A stretch of 40,077 nucleotides of DNA. It comes from Bacillota bacterium. Lineage in GTDB: Bacteria; Bacillota; Sulfobacillia; JABLXB01. Positions 1 to 10,330 of this stretch are shown here, in pieces. Position 1 is the first letter of the stretch, and each line of letters opens with the position of its first letter. Made by a program: the position numbers and the translations under genes. Below the pieces are notes generated by a model that ran no database searches, had not been told where the DNA came from, and saw nothing but the letters and a program-made list of their open reading frames with translations. Location of the stretch: contig JANLGA010000001.1 of the NCBI GenBank assembly GCA_024653225.1, positions 18,590-58,666 on the forward strand, given 5' to 3'.

Positions 1-3000
1 GCCGAAGTGGCGGCCCGCGGCAACGTCGTGGTGACTGCTTCCAGGGAGGGTATGTGGCTCTGGCCGGTAGCAGCGACTGCGGACATAACCCTCACAGGCA
101 ACTCGGTCAATGGCTACAATGAGGGCGACCACGACTTCATGACGGCCCTCAAGATCGTCAGCAGGCCGGCCTCGCTCAATGGCGAAACGACATCGGGCGA
201 GATGCTGGCGGCCGTTAAAGACGACAACCCCGGCATAGACAGTGTCTATCTCCAATGGATGATGGTACGGGAAGGGGAGAGCATCCAGGCAGCCATAAAC
301 GCTGCCCTGCCGGGTGACACGGTCGAGATCGAACCAGGCACTTACAATGAACAGGTAACTATCAACAAGTCCGTGAAACTGCGCGGCGCCGGGATCGATG
401 AGACGATCCTGAGTGGCGCCGGTTCCGGTGCAGGCATAACGATACCCTATGCGGGCCAACCGTTCTCGGGTATCGAAATCTCCGACCTGACTGTCACGGG
501 ATATGAGGACGGCATCCTGATATTGGGCACCAACAGCAACCTGCTCGTGGAGGACGTGAAGGCCGCGGAGAATGTCCGGCACGGTATATGGAGCCAGTCC
601 TGGAACATCAAGAACTGGATCTTCAGGGGGGTAAACGCTTCGGACAACGGGGGCACCGGCGCCATTGGGCGGGGTATCTGGATCATAAACGGCGTCAAAG
701 AGGGCATTACCATCGAGGACGGCACGTTCAACCGCAACAGACTCGTGGGCATTGACATCAGCGATGGCAGTGTCACAGGCCTGACTGTCAGGGGAAACAC
801 AGTTATCGGCAACGGCGATTCAGGCATTGCCGTGCTCGGTGCGAAGGGTCCCATGGCCAATATGATTGACGGCAACACCGTCACAGATAACGGCAGGTTC
901 GGGATTGAGATCAAGAACCCTTCGGGTAACGGGCAGAGCAGCGGGGCTGGAAGCATAGTAGTGTCGAACAACGTCGTATCGAGGACTGAGGAAGCCACAG
1001 ACCAGCGCGACTATGCGGGTATCGCGGTATTCAGGCGGCAGCCGGTTCTACAGTACAATGCCGACCAGCCGTGCGGCGTCGTGGTAGCCCGCAACACCGT
1101 GACGGGCTACCAGCGCAAGCCTTCCGGCTCGACCGGTGATGGCTTCGGCATCGTGGTTGAGGGGACCAATCATACAGTTACCGGCAATGTGGTCACCCAG
1201 AACGACGTCGGCATCCAGGCACAGGCTGGGAATCCGGTGCTGAATCAGCAATCGACTGACTACTTCGATAGGGGCGATGCCGCCGGATTCAGTGGCAAGA
1301 TAACTCAGAACGTCATTGTGAGTAACACGATTGGGGTAAGAAGCGTGGGTGTCGCCACTCAAGTAGATGCCACCCGGAACTACTGGGGAGAGGCGGGACC
1401 GGGGGCCCAGATCAGCGGCGACGTCGAGTACTTCCCATGGGCCCTCGACGATACGAGAAACGCGAGCGGCGATTTCCTGCATCTCACCAATTCTGACACG
1501 GATGTAGTGGTTGTGGACGATGCCTGGCTTGGGTTGGCGAACAAGACCCCGGTGGAAGTAGACGGCACGGACTACTACGTCGGCGTGAACGCCTTCGGCT
1601 CCATACAGGACGCCGTGGAGGCCGTGGACGACGGGGGCACCGTCAACGTCGCCCCCGGTGAGTATGCCGAGACGGTCGCAATCGAGGACAAGAACGGCGT
1701 CACGGTCAAGGGATCGGGCAGGGGGGAAGGGGGCACGGTCATCAGGCCGGATGCCCTGCTTTCGACCGGCATGGGTCACAAGTACGACCCAGACATGAGG
1801 GTGACGGTGTTCGTCAACGATTCTACCGACGTGACCATGCGGGATATGACGATAGACGGCAACGACCTGGGCGGGAACGCCGTCGTGTTCTGGAACGCCT
1901 CGACGGGTTCGCTGGAGGGCCTTGAGATCGTGAACTGCGGGCCGTTGCGGGGGGCCCAGACGGGGCAGGGGATCGCGGTGGACGCCGGCTCCGGCCGGGT
2001 GACGAGGCTCGAGGTGAACAACTGCGACATCCGCGGGTTCAACAAGAACGGCATTGACGTGGTGGACGGTAACGGGGCCGCCACCGGGGGCGGGACGATC
2101 ACCGTGGACGTCACGGGCGGCTCCATCACGGGCGCCGAGCCGACGACCGTGATTGCCCAGAACGGGATAATGTTCTGGGAGCGCGCGGGCGGGACGGTGG
2201 GAGGCACCGTGAGCGGCGTCGGCATCTCGGGAATCGAGTACACTCCCGACACAAACGAGGCCTGCGGCGTACTGGCCTACGCGCAGAAGCGCGGCGCGCT
2301 GTCAATCGAGGACACGCGCTTCTCCGGCACGGAGGTGTACATCGGGCTGGGCGCGGGCAGCTCCGGCGGTATTGACGCCTCGTCCTGCGTGTTCGACGGG
2401 GTGTCCCCCGCCGAGGCCTCATTTGCGCAGCTCGCGGCCATCGAGGACCGGATAATCCACAAGATGGACGACGCCGCGTGCGGGCTGGTCGCCTTGCTGC
2501 CGCGGACGGTGGTTGCGACGCCGAACAACCGCGGGATCCAGGCCGCGATAGACGTCGCCTCGCCGGGCGACAGAGTGTTCGTCGCAGCCGGCGGATACAA
2601 TGAAGCCATCTCCATTGCGAAGCCGCTTACATTGCGCGGCGACCCGTCTGCGGATCGGCCGGTCGTCAACATACCATGTAGCAGGACATCCAATGACACG
2701 TCGGTGGGCGTCTTCGAGATAAGAGCCGACGACGTGCTCGTGGAGCATCTCAGGCTGGTAAAGGAAGATCAGGGCGGCTGGAACAACTCAGTCATAGCCA
2801 TCCCGCGCGGGGGTTCGTGGCCGGCGTACACCATAGAGTACGAAGACATCACCCTTCGGGACCTCGTCGTCGAGAAGGGCGGAGCCGGCGCGTACATAGC
2901 GGCGGGCGATATCACAATCGAGGATTGCGAATTCTTAGATCAGCGGGAAGACGCCCTGTTCTTCGACGCGGTGTCAGGAACCACGAACGTGCTCCGGAAC

Positions 3001-5313
3001 AGGTTCGTGGGTTCGCCGGGTTCGAAGAAAGCGATCATCTTCGAGAACTTCAGTGACAAGGACCCCGGCGTGACCGGGACTGTTAACATCCGAGGGAACG
3101 TGGTCAACGGCAAGAACCACCTGTTCCTATACAACCAGTGGCGTAAACCCGAGAACAAGGTCGACATCAATATTGCGGACAACGTCGTGGAGGCCGTGGC
3201 CGGCGATGCGATCGCGGTATTCGACCCGCGTCCCTACGACCCGTCGTTTGACCCGCTGAATTTCCGCAAGATACAAAGCATTCGAGTCACGGGCAACGAT
3301 CTCTCGGGGGCGCCTACCTCCTGCTTCGCGGTGCTGAACATTGACGACCCCAACGCTGTCGTCATAGACGCCACCGGCAACTACTGGGGCGACGACGCCG
3401 GACCGAATCACGCGGTGACCAACCCCGAGTCAGCGGGCGGCGCTGTGAGCGACAACGTTATTTACAGCCCGTGGAAGAAAACGGACGGAAGCGAAGGGAC
3501 GCTGGCAATCGGGCTCGACGGCGCCTATGACTGGGACAACGACGAGGGGGACGTGACCATCACCGGACCGCAGGGACTGGTGGTCGGCGTCGTCAAGGTG
3601 AACGGCAGGGAAGTCCGTCCCACGCCGAAAGTCGAGGACGGGATGTTCTCGGTGGAGCTCGAGGAGGGACCCAATGACATCTGGGTGGAGGCCTCGGACG
3701 CCACGGGCAATGTCTACAGGGGTACGTGCGGGATCTCCAGGGACAAGACGGCGCCCGTGACGACAATCACGCCGAGCCGCGGGGTTGACGGCTTCGACGG
3801 CTGGTACAAGGGCCCCACGGCTCCCACGGTACTGCTCGCCGCCGAGGCGGACGCGACCATTCGCTACCGCTGGAACGGCGGGGAATGGTTCGAGCACGGC
3901 GGCCCCGAGGTCGAGCTGCAGGTGCCGGAGGGCGAGAGCACGCTGGAGTACTTCTCGACCGACGCGACAGGCAACGAGGAGCAGGTCAAGAGCGCCGCGT
4001 TCAAGGTTGACACGGTGCCACCGACGGGCTCCATCACGATCGCGGGCCGCAAAGACGAGATCGGGTCGAGAGAGGTGACCATCACCCTCGCGTCGGCCGA
4101 CGCGGAGCGGATGAGGGTCTCAAACGACGCCGGGATGAGCGGCGCGACGTGGCAGGCGTTCCGGCAGGAGATGAGTTGGACCCTCACCGACGGGTACGGT
4201 CCCAAGAGGGTTTACGCGCAGTTCAGGGACCACGCGGGCAACGAATCGGTGGTGTACAGTGATGTCATCAACTACGTGAGGTCAGAGGCCGAGGCGCCGC
4301 CCGCAGGGCCCGCCCCGGCGCCCCCGGCTCCTCCGGTCGTGGCCGGTTCGACGACCCAGGAGGTAACTGCCGAGACCGGCGGGACGGTGTCGCTGCCCGA
4401 CGACAGCGCGCAGGTAACCCTGCCGCCCGCGGCGGTCGAGGACAACGTGACTGTCACGATAGCCCCGATGACGGAGGTTGCGGAGCCGTCGCCCGGCATG
4501 GTGAAGGTTGGGAACAGGGTATTCGAGATAACGTGCGAGACGGCTGCCGGGGAGCCGGTGCGGGCGTTCTCGAAGCCCATCATCCTGACGTTCCGGTATG
4601 AGGAAGAAGAGCTTGGTGGGGCGTCCGCGGAGGATCTGAGGGTGTTTTACTGGGACGAGGGGTTGGCTGCGTGGATAGCGATACCGAGCGAGGTAGATGT
4701 TGAGGCGGGGACGGTTACTGGTGTAACGGATCACCTGACGGTATTTGCGCTGATGGTGAAGCCTGGGATGCCGAGGATGCCTGACATCAAGGGTCACTGG
4801 GCGGAGGCGCACGTGCTGAAGCTGGTGAGCCTGGGTGTTGCTGGTGGATATCCTGACGGTACGTTCAGGCCGGAGGAGACGATTACCCGGGAGCAGTTTG
4901 CGAAGATGGTGGTAGTGGCGGCGGGGATACAGGCTGAGGCTGTGCCGGAGCTGGGGTTTGCGGATGCGGGGGAGGTTGCGGAGTGGGCTAAGGGGTACGT
5001 AGCTGCAGCAGTGAAAGCGGGGATAATCAAAGGACTTGACGGGAACAGGTTCGGGCCTGGTGAAGCGGTGACGAGGGCCCAGGTGGCCACGATGCTGGTA
5101 CGCGCCCTGGGGATCGAGGTTGGGGAGGCGGGGACGCAGTTCACGGACGATGCGGAGATACCGGCGTGGGCGGCCCGCGGAGTACGTGCGGCGGTGGAGA
5201 AGGGGATAGTCGGGGGCTTTGAGGATGGCAGTTTCAGGCCTGGTTTGAGTACGACTCGTGCTCAGGCGGCGAAGATGTTGTCGCGGTTCATGGAGGTGAG
5301 GCTCGCCGATTAG
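1..5313 (+). CDS. Giant surface protein, 5' end cut by the window edge. Three right-handed beta-helix (PbH1/NosD-like) modules, Ig-like domains, a Pro-rich linker and three C-terminal SLH domains.
   Basis: The frame is open from base 1, with no stop before the GTG at 7. Three modules open with the same signature: SIQAAINAALPGDTVEIEPGTYNE (~nt 280), SIQDAVEAVDDGGTVNVAPGEYAE (~1600) and GIQAAIDVASPGDRVFVAAGGYNE (~2533). Each is followed by Gly/Asn/Val-rich beta-helix rungs, with NYWG motifs near the ends of modules 1 and 3. An APPAGPAPAPPAPP linker lies at ~4300 and an SLH triplet at the end. Confidence 0.85.
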   Translation, partial: AEVAARGNVVVTASREGMWLWPVAATADITLTGNSVNGYNEGDHDFMTALKIVSRPASLNGETTSGEMLAAVKDDNPGIDSVYLQWMMVREGESIQAAINAALPGDTVEIEPGTYNEQVTINKSVKLRGAGIDETILSGAGSGAGITIPYAGQPFSGIEISDLTVTGYEDGILILGTNSNLLVEDVKAAENVRHGIWSQSWNIKNWIFRGVNASDNGGTGAIGRGIWIINGVKEGITIEDGTFNRNRLVGIDISDGSVTGLTVRGNTVIGNGDSGIAVLGAKGPMANMIDGNTVTDNGRFGIEIKNPSGNGQSSGAGSIVVSNNVVSRTEEATDQRDYAGIAVFRRQPVLQYNADQPCGVVVARNTVTGYQRKPSGSTGDGFGIVVEGTNHTVTGNVVTQNDVGIQAQAGNPVLNQQSTDYFDRGDAAGFSGKITQNVIVSNTIGVRSVGVATQVDATRNYWGEAGPGAQISGDVEYFPWALDDTRNASGDFLHLTNSDTDVVVVDDAWLGLANKTPVEVDGTDYYVGVNAFGSIQDAVEAVDDGGTVNVAPGEYAETVAIEDKNGVTVKGSGRGEGGTVIRPDALLSTGMGHKYDPDMRVTVFVNDSTDVTMRDMTIDGNDLGGNAVVFWNASTGSLEGLEIVNCGPLRGAQTGQGIAVDAGSGRVTRLEVNNCDIRGFNKNGIDVVDGNGAATGGGTITVDVTGGSITGAEPTTVIAQNGIMFWERAGGTVGGTVSGVGISGIEYTPDTNEACGVLAYAQKRGALSIEDTRFSGTEVYIGLGAGSSGGIDASSCVFDGVSPAEASFAQLAAIEDRIIHKMDDAACGLVALLPRTVVATPNNRGIQAAIDVASPGDRVFVAAGGYNEAISIAKPLTLRGDPSADRPVVNIPCSRTSNDTSVGVFEIRADDVLVEHLRLVKEDQGGWNNSVIAIPRGGSWPAYTIEYEDITLRDLVVEKGGAGAYIAAGDITIEDCEFLDQREDALFFDAVSGTTNVLRNRFVGSPGSKKAIIFENFSDKDPGVTGTVNIRGNVVNGKNHLFLYNQWRKPENKVDINIADNVVEAVAGDAIAVFDPRPYDPSFDPLNFRKIQSIRVTGNDLSGAPTSCFAVLNIDDPNAVVIDATGNYWGDDAGPNHAVTNPESAGGAVSDNVIYSPWKKTDGSEGTLAIGLDGAYDWDNDEGDVTITGPQGLVVGVVKVNGREVRPTPKVEDGMFSVELEEGPNDIWVEASDATGNVYRGTCGISRDKTAPVTTITPSRGVDGFDGWYKGPTAPTVLLAAEADATIRYRWNGGEWFEHGGPEVELQVPEGESTLEYFSTDATGNEEQVKSAAFKVDTVPPTGSITIAGRKDEIGSREVTITLASADAERMRVSNDAGMSGATWQAFRQEMSWTLTDGYGPKRVYAQFRDHAGNESVVYSDVINYVRSEAEAPPAGPAPAPPAPPVVAGSTTQEVTAETGGTVSLPDDSAQVTLPPAAVEDNVTVTIAPMTEVAEPSPGMVKVGNRVFEITCETAAGEPVRAFSKPIILTFRYEEEELGGASAEDLRVFYWDEGLAAWIAIPSEVDVEAGTVTGVTDHLTVFALMVKPGMPRMPDIKGHWAEAHVLKLVSLGVAGGYPDGTFRPEETITREQFAKMVVVAAGIQAEAVPELGFADAGEVAEWAKGYVAAAVKAGIIKGLDGNRFGPGEAVTRAQVATMLVRALGIEVGEAGTQFTDDAEIPAWAARGVRAAVEKGIVGGFEDGSFRPGLSTTRAQAAKMLSRFMEVRLAD
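4777..5310 (+). other. Three tandem SLH (S-layer homology) cell-wall anchoring domains
   Basis: The three repeats read MPDIKGHWAEAHVLKLVSLGVAGGYPDGTFRPEETITREQFAKMV, FADAGEVAEWAKGYVAAAVKAGIIKGLDGNRFGPGEAVTRAQVATML and FTDDAEIPAWAARGVRAAVEKGIVGGFEDGSFRPGLSTTRAQAAKML. This is the canonical SLH pattern. Confidence 0.9.
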
Positions 5314-5364
5314 CGGGGAAGCCGGCGGGGCTCCGGGATGGAACGGCGGCGGGCCTGGAATGAA

Positions 5365-5388
5365 GGGGAGCGGCGTGAGCCGCTCCCC
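5365..5388. terminator. Bidirectional stem-loop between the convergent surface-protein gene and ilvC
   Basis: GGGGAGCGGC-GTGA-GCCGCTCCCC forms a perfect 10-bp stem with a tetraloop. It is followed by a T-containing tract on both strands (AACTGATCGTTCTTCG on the plus strand, TTCATTCC on the minus strand). Confidence 0.7.
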
Positions 5389-5407
5389 AACTGATCGTTC
5401 TTCGAGG

Positions 5408-6415
5408 TTAGGCGGGGCTCCTGGTGCCTTGCTTCAACCACGGCATCATGCTGCGCAGCGCGGCGCCGACGCGCTCGATCTGGTGTTCGGACTCCTTGGC
5501 CATCAGGCTCGAGAGCACCGGCCTGCCGGCCTGGTTCTCGAGTATCCACTCGCGTGCGAAGTCCCCGGATTGGATCCTCGAAAGGGCATTCTTCATGGCC
5601 TGCTTCACCTCCGGGCCGACGATCCGCGGGCCGCAGGCGAGGTCGCCGTACTTGGCGGTGTCCGACACGTTCCTGCGCATGTGCGCGATCCCGCCCTCGT
5701 AGATGAGGTCCACGATCAGCTTGAGCTCGTTCAGGCACTCGAAGTACGCGACCTCCGGCTGGTATCCGGCCTCGACGAGCGTCTCGAAGCCCGCCTTGAT
5801 GAGCGAGGTGACCCCGCCGCAGAGGACGGCCTGTTCGCCGAGCAAGTCGGTTTCGGTCTCTTCCGCGAAGGTGGTTTCGATGACGCCCGCGCGCGTGCAC
5901 CCGATCGCCTTGGCGTATGCCAGGCCCGTGCGTCGCGCGGACCCCGACGCATCCTGGTGGACTGCGAGCAGGGCCGGAACGCCCGCGCCCTCTAGGAACA
6001 TACGGCGGACCAAGGCGCCGGGCGCCTTGGGGGCCACCATGAACACGTCCACGTCGCGCGGCGGCACCACCTGGCCGTACAGGATGTTGAAGCCGTGCGA
6101 GAAACCCAGCGCCTTGCCCTCCGAGAGGTTGGGGAGGACCTTCTCCAGGTAAACCTCCCTGTGCTGGTGGTCGGGGAGGAGGAACATCACTACGTGCGAC
6201 GAGGAGACGGCCTGTTCCGGCGTCATGACCCGAAAACCCAGGCTCACCGCCTTGTCCCACGAACGACCGGGGCGCAGGCCGACCACCACCTCGATCCCGC
6301 TATCCCTCAGGTTTTGCGCCTGCGCGCTCCCTTGGCTCCCGTACCCCAAGACAGCCACCCTGGACCCCCGCAGGTGCGCGAGATCCGCGTCCGCGTCGTA
6401 GTAAACCCTCGCCAT
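5408..6415 (-). CDS. ilvC: Ketol-acid reductoisomerase (class I KARI)
   Basis: The N-terminus [48 protein letters not shown] is the canonical KARI Rossmann start. The gene is full length at 335 aa. A G-rich SD (GGGGGG, 6424-6429) lies upstream of the ATG. Confidence 0.95.
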   Translation of the reverse strand: MARVYYDADADLAHLRGSRVAVLGYGSQGSAQAQNLRDSGIEVVVGLRPGRSWDKAVSLGFRVMTPEQAVSSSHVVMFLLPDHQHREVYLEKVLPNLSEGKALGFSHGFNILYGQVVPPRDVDVFMVAPKAPGALVRRMFLEGAGVPALLAVHQDASGSARRTGLAYAKAIGCTRAGVIETTFAEETETDLLGEQAVLCGGVTSLIKAGFETLVEAGYQPEVAYFECLNELKLIVDLIYEGGIAHMRRNVSDTAKYGDLACGPRIVGPEVKQAMKNALSRIQSGDFAREWILENQAGRPVLSSLMAKESEHQIERVGAALRSMMPWLKQGTRSPA

Positions 6416-6944
6416 CGTGCGTGCCCCCCTTACTCTGTGCGTTGCACATCGCCTTGCCGCCGACCTGCCTGCCGCCGCGGGCCATGGCGATGCGGCCCGT
6501 GCGGACGACCTCGATGATCCCGAATTCCGCGAGGAGGCTCATCATAGCCGCGACCTTGTCCTGGTCACCGGTCACCTCCACCACGAGGCTCCGCCTCGCC
6601 ACGTCAACGATCCTGGCGCGGAAAATGTCGGCGAGCTGCTGAATCGCGGCCCTCTGGGACGGCGGCGCGTACACCCTGACCAGCGCGAGTTCGCGGCTTA
6701 TCGCTTCCGGTCCCTCGAGGACTGACACCTTGAGTACGTTGACCAACTTGTCCAGCTGTTTCTTCACTTGCTCCAGGACCCTGTCGTCCCCGTCAACCAC
6801 GACTGTCATCCGCGAGAGGGTGGGGTCCTGCGTGACCCCGACTGCGAGGCTCTGGATGTTGAATCCCCTCCGCCCGAACAGACCCGCCACCCGGGTCAGG
6901 ACGCCGGGCTGGTTCTCCACGAGTATGGAAAACGTCTGAATCAT
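6300..6944 (-). CDS. ilvH: Acetolactate synthase small (regulatory) subunit, with an unusual ~40-aa C-terminal extension that overlaps ilvC
   Basis: [33 protein letters not shown] is the ACT domain, and the homology runs through ...[19 protein letters not shown]. It then reads on for ~50 more Gly/Arg-rich residues to a stop at 6300. The start overlaps the ilvB stop (ATGA at 6941-6944). Confidence 0.85.
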   Translation of the reverse strand: MIQTFSILVENQPGVLTRVAGLFGRRGFNIQSLAVGVTQDPTLSRMTVVVDGDDRVLEQVKKQLDKLVNVLKVSVLEGPEAISRELALVRVYAPPSQRAAIQQLADIFRARIVDVARRSLVVEVTGDQDKVAAMMSLLAEFGIIEVVRTGRIAMARGGRQVGGKAMCNAQSKGGTHDGEGLLRRGRGSRAPAGVQGGCLGVREPRERAGAKPEG

Positions 6945-8608
6945 GTCGCGCCACCCCGGGACTCGACGATTATCCGGGAAATGGACTCCCCGGGCGGCAC
7001 CATGGGGAGGACGTTCTCCTCGGGCGGCACCGGGCAGTGGAGCAGGCCGGGACCCGGGTTCCGGAGGAGCGATGCGAGGCCGTCCTCAACCTCGGTGGGT
7101 GAGCCCGCCCGCCAAGCGGCGAGGCCGTACGCCCGCGCGAGGGCGACCCAGTCGGGACCCCGCAGTGACACTGCAACCAGGTTGCCGCCGAAGAACATCT
7201 CCTGCCACTGGCGAACCATGCCGAGGCTCGTGTTGTCGAGCAGGACTATCTTGACGGGCAATCGCTCCTGGACCACCGTGGCCAATTCCTGCACGTTCAT
7301 CTGGAGGCTACCGTCTCCCGTCACGAGGACGACCGTTTTCCGTGGGCATCCCAGGGCCGCTCCGACGGCGGCCGGCAGACCGTACCCCATTGCCCCGAGC
7401 CCGCCCGACGTGATGAGCGTCCCGGGGTGGTAGAAGGGATAATGCTGGGCCACCCACATTTGGTGCTGCCCGACGTCGGTGACAACGATCAGGTCGTCAC
7501 TGCGAGCGAGCCCCTCGGTCGCGGCCGCCAGCGCCATGATCGTGCGGACGGCTGTGCCGTCGTCGGCGCCCGGGCGCTTCATCGAATTGACCCTGCTCAC
7601 CCACTCGTCGTGTCGCTTCTCGGGGACGAGGGGGAGCAGGTCCTCGAGCACGTGCCGGATGTCTCCCACTATGGGTATGTGGGCGGGGACGTTCTTGCCG
7701 AGCTCGGCGGGATCCACGTCAACGTGAATGATCTGCGCCGACGGCGCGAACGACTCCCGGGCCCCCGTGACCCTGTCGCTGAACCGGACGCCGAGCGCCA
7801 GGAGAACGTCGCACTCCTGGACCGCGCCGTTGGCCGCCGGCGTCCCGTGCATGCCCATCATGCCGAGGAACAGGGGGTGGCCGGCGGGCATCGTGCCGAG
7901 GCCCATCAGGGTAGTCGCCACGGGCGCGCCGGTTTTCTGGGCGAGCCGGACCAGCAGCGGGGATGCACCGCTCCACTTGACGCCTCCACCCGCGAGGATT
8001 ACGGGGCGGCCCGCGGCGGCCAGGGTCCGGGCGGCCCTTTCCATCTGGGCGGGATGTCCCCGTTGCCGGGGCCTGTAACCGGGGAGGCGGGGAGTGGAGT
8101 CGGCGCCCTCCGGCACTTCCGCGTCCATCACGTCTCGGGGGACGTCCACGAGGACCGGCCCCTTGCGCCCAGCCTGGGCGATGTAGGCGGCCTCGTTCAA
8201 CACCCGGGGGAGGTCGTCCACCCTGTTCACGAGGTAATTGTGCTTGGTGAGCGACATGGTGGCCCCGAATACGTCCGTTTCCTGGAAGGCGTCGCGGCCG
8301 AGCTGGGCCGTGGACACCTGGCCCGTTATCGCGAGCACGGGGACGGAATCGAGGAAGGCATTCGCCAGGCCGGAAACCAGGTTCAACGCCCCGGGTCCGG
8401 AGGTGGCCACGCACACGCCCAGCCTGCCCGTGGCCCTGGCGTACCCGTCGGCGGCCATGGCGGCCCCCTGCTCGTGGCGGACCAACACGTGGTGTATGGC
8501 GGTCGGCATCGCGTCGTACAGCGAAATGACGGCGCCGCCGGGGTAGCCGAACACGGTCTCCACGCCCAGGTCTATCAGGGAGTCCCAGATGGCTTCCCGT
8601 CCCCTCAT
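6941..8608 (-). CDS. ilvB: Acetolactate synthase large (catalytic, ThDP-dependent) subunit
   Basis: The sequence from MRGREAIWDSLIDLGVETVFGYPGGAVISLYDAM is colinear with AHAS large subunits, including the ThDP motif GDGSLQMNVQELAT. The start was chosen at the internal ATG 8608, which overlaps the ilvD stop (ATGA at 8605-8608). The 39 Arg/Pro-rich codons upstream in the ORF track are probably not translated. Confidence 0.92.
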   Translation of the reverse strand: MRGREAIWDSLIDLGVETVFGYPGGAVISLYDAMPTAIHHVLVRHEQGAAMAADGYARATGRLGVCVATSGPGALNLVSGLANAFLDSVPVLAITGQVSTAQLGRDAFQETDVFGATMSLTKHNYLVNRVDDLPRVLNEAAYIAQAGRKGPVLVDVPRDVMDAEVPEGADSTPRLPGYRPRQRGHPAQMERAARTLAAAGRPVILAGGGVKWSGASPLLVRLAQKTGAPVATTLMGLGTMPAGHPLFLGMMGMHGTPAANGAVQECDVLLALGVRFSDRVTGARESFAPSAQIIHVDVDPAELGKNVPAHIPIVGDIRHVLEDLLPLVPEKRHDEWVSRVNSMKRPGADDGTAVRTIMALAAATEGLARSDDLIVVTDVGQHQMWVAQHYPFYHPGTLITSGGLGAMGYGLPAAVGAALGCPRKTVVLVTGDGSLQMNVQELATVVQERLPVKIVLLDNTSLGMVRQWQEMFFGGNLVAVSLRGPDWVALARAYGLAAWRAGSPTEVEDGLASLLRNPGPGLLHCPVPPEENVLPMVPPGESISRIIVESRGGAT

Positions 8609-10290
8609 GGCCCGTGGGCCTCCCCGTCGCCGACCTCGAGGACGGCCCAGTGGGATGCGTCGCGGACGTGGGCGCGGTATCGCCCGAGGATTCCCCGGGG
8701 CGGCTCCCCGGGCGGCCTGCGCCACACCGCTCGCCGTCGGCCCATCTCGTCGTCGTCAATCAGCACGTCAATTCTGCCGGCGGCCACGTCCAGCGACACC
8801 GGATCGCCGTCCCGCACGAGGGCTATTGGTCCGCCGGCGAACGCTTCGGGACTGACGTGACCCACCGCCCCTCCGCGCGTCGCTCCGGAGAATCGGCCGT
8901 CCGTCACGAGGAACACCCTTCCCTCCAGGCCGAGCCCCGTCAGCGCCGAGGTCGCGTGCAGCATTTCGCGCATGCCGGGACCCCCCGCCGGTCCTTCGTA
9001 CCGGATGACGACGCAATCCCCCGGCGCGACGGCGCCGGAGAGGATGGCTCGGACGGCCGGCTCTTCGCCGTCGAATACGCGCGCCCTCCCCGTCTGTTTC
9101 CAGGAAGTGGGGGCGAGACAGGCTGTCTTCACCAGGGCGCCCGCGGGAGCCAGGTTGCCGTGAAGCACGCGCAGGCCTCCGGTTTCCGCCCACGGACGGT
9201 CGAGGGGGCGAATGACGCTTCCGTCAGGGGAAGGCGCCCCTCGGACGGCGTCCGCCACGGTGACGCCCAGAATGGTGAGGGCGTCGCCTCGAAGGAGCCC
9301 CCCGGTCGCCAGCTCTTTCATTATCACCGGGAGACCGCCGGCACGATCCAGGTCCTCGGCGAACAGCTCGGACGCCGGGCTCAGCCTGCACAGCTGCGGT
9401 GTCCGCCGGCCGATCTCCTCGACGAGGTCCAGGTCGAACCGGACCCCCGCCTCCGCCGCGATGCATCCGAGGTGGAGTACGCTGTTCGACGATCCCCCGA
9501 GCGCCATGTCAACGGCGAGCGCGTTGGCGAACGCGTCGGCGGTCAAGATCCGTGAAGCGGTGAGGCCGGCGCTCCAGGCCGAAACGGCAAGGCGCCCGCT
9601 GTGCCTCGCGAGAATCGCCCTGCGGCTCGACGTCGCGGGCACAGTCGCGCTGCCCGAAGGCGCCATCCCAAGGGCCTCCGCCATGGCCGACATCGTGTTA
9701 GCGGTGAACATCCCGGCGCACGAACCCGGGCCGGGGCAGGCCGCCTCTTCCAGGAGGCGGAGGGCCCTTTCGTCCAGGCGCCCGCCGGAGTACGCGCCGA
9801 CGGCCTCGAACACGTCGGAGAGATCCACCTTCCTACCGCCCAGGAACCCTGCCTCCATGGGGCCGCCCCCGCAGAAGACGGCGGGGATATCCAGCCGGGC
9901 GGCGGCCATCAACATACCCGGGATCACCTTGTCGCACCCCGCCACGAGGACGAGCGCGTCGAGCGCGTGCGCGCGCGCCATCACCTCGACGCAATCCGCG
10001 ATTAGCTCCCTGCTGGGGAGCGAGTAGAACATCCCGGCGTGCCCCATGGCGAGACCGTCGCAGACCCCGGGGACGCCGAAAGGCAGCGGTACCCCGCCGG
10101 CCTCGCGGACCCCCTGGCAGACCGCTTCGGCGATGTCCCCCAGATGCACGTGCCCCGGGACCAGCCTGCCCCAAGGCACGGCGACCCCCACAAACGGTCG
10201 AGACATATCCTCGGCGCCCAGGCCGAGCGCCCGCAGAAGGGCGCGGTGTGGCGTCCTTTCCGGCCCCAGTTTCACTGCGTCGCTCCTCAT
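8605..10290 (-). CDS. ilvD: Dihydroxy-acid dehydratase
   Basis: MRSDAVKLGPERTPHRALLRALGL... and CDKVIPGMLMAAARLDIPAVFCGGGPM are typical IlvD/Edd family sequences. The ATG at 10290 is preceded by GGAGGG 7 nt upstream. The TTG at 10317 is an alternative start. Confidence 0.93.
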   Translation of the reverse strand: MRSDAVKLGPERTPHRALLRALGLGAEDMSRPFVGVAVPWGRLVPGHVHLGDIAEAVCQGVREAGGVPLPFGVPGVCDGLAMGHAGMFYSLPSRELIADCVEVMARAHALDALVLVAGCDKVIPGMLMAAARLDIPAVFCGGGPMEAGFLGGRKVDLSDVFEAVGAYSGGRLDERALRLLEEAACPGPGSCAGMFTANTMSAMAEALGMAPSGSATVPATSSRRAILARHSGRLAVSAWSAGLTASRILTADAFANALAVDMALGGSSNSVLHLGCIAAEAGVRFDLDLVEEIGRRTPQLCRLSPASELFAEDLDRAGGLPVIMKELATGGLLRGDALTILGVTVADAVRGAPSPDGSVIRPLDRPWAETGGLRVLHGNLAPAGALVKTACLAPTSWKQTGRARVFDGEEPAVRAILSGAVAPGDCVVIRYEGPAGGPGMREMLHATSALTGLGLEGRVFLVTDGRFSGATRGGAVGHVSPEAFAGGPIALVRDGDPVSLDVAAGRIDVLIDDDEMGRRRAVWRRPPGEPPRGILGRYRAHVRDASHWAVLEVGDGEAHGP

Positions 10291-10330
10291 CGGTCGTCCC
10301 TCCAGTCGCTGTGTCAATCGGTCCCGCCAG

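Noticed and set aside
5310-6260. A 316-aa ORF on the minus strand overlapping ilvC in another frame, and the 211-aa plus-strand ORF at 5360-5995.
   Set aside because: Their composition is Arg/Gly/Pro-rich, and they are fully contained in the unambiguous ilvC gene.
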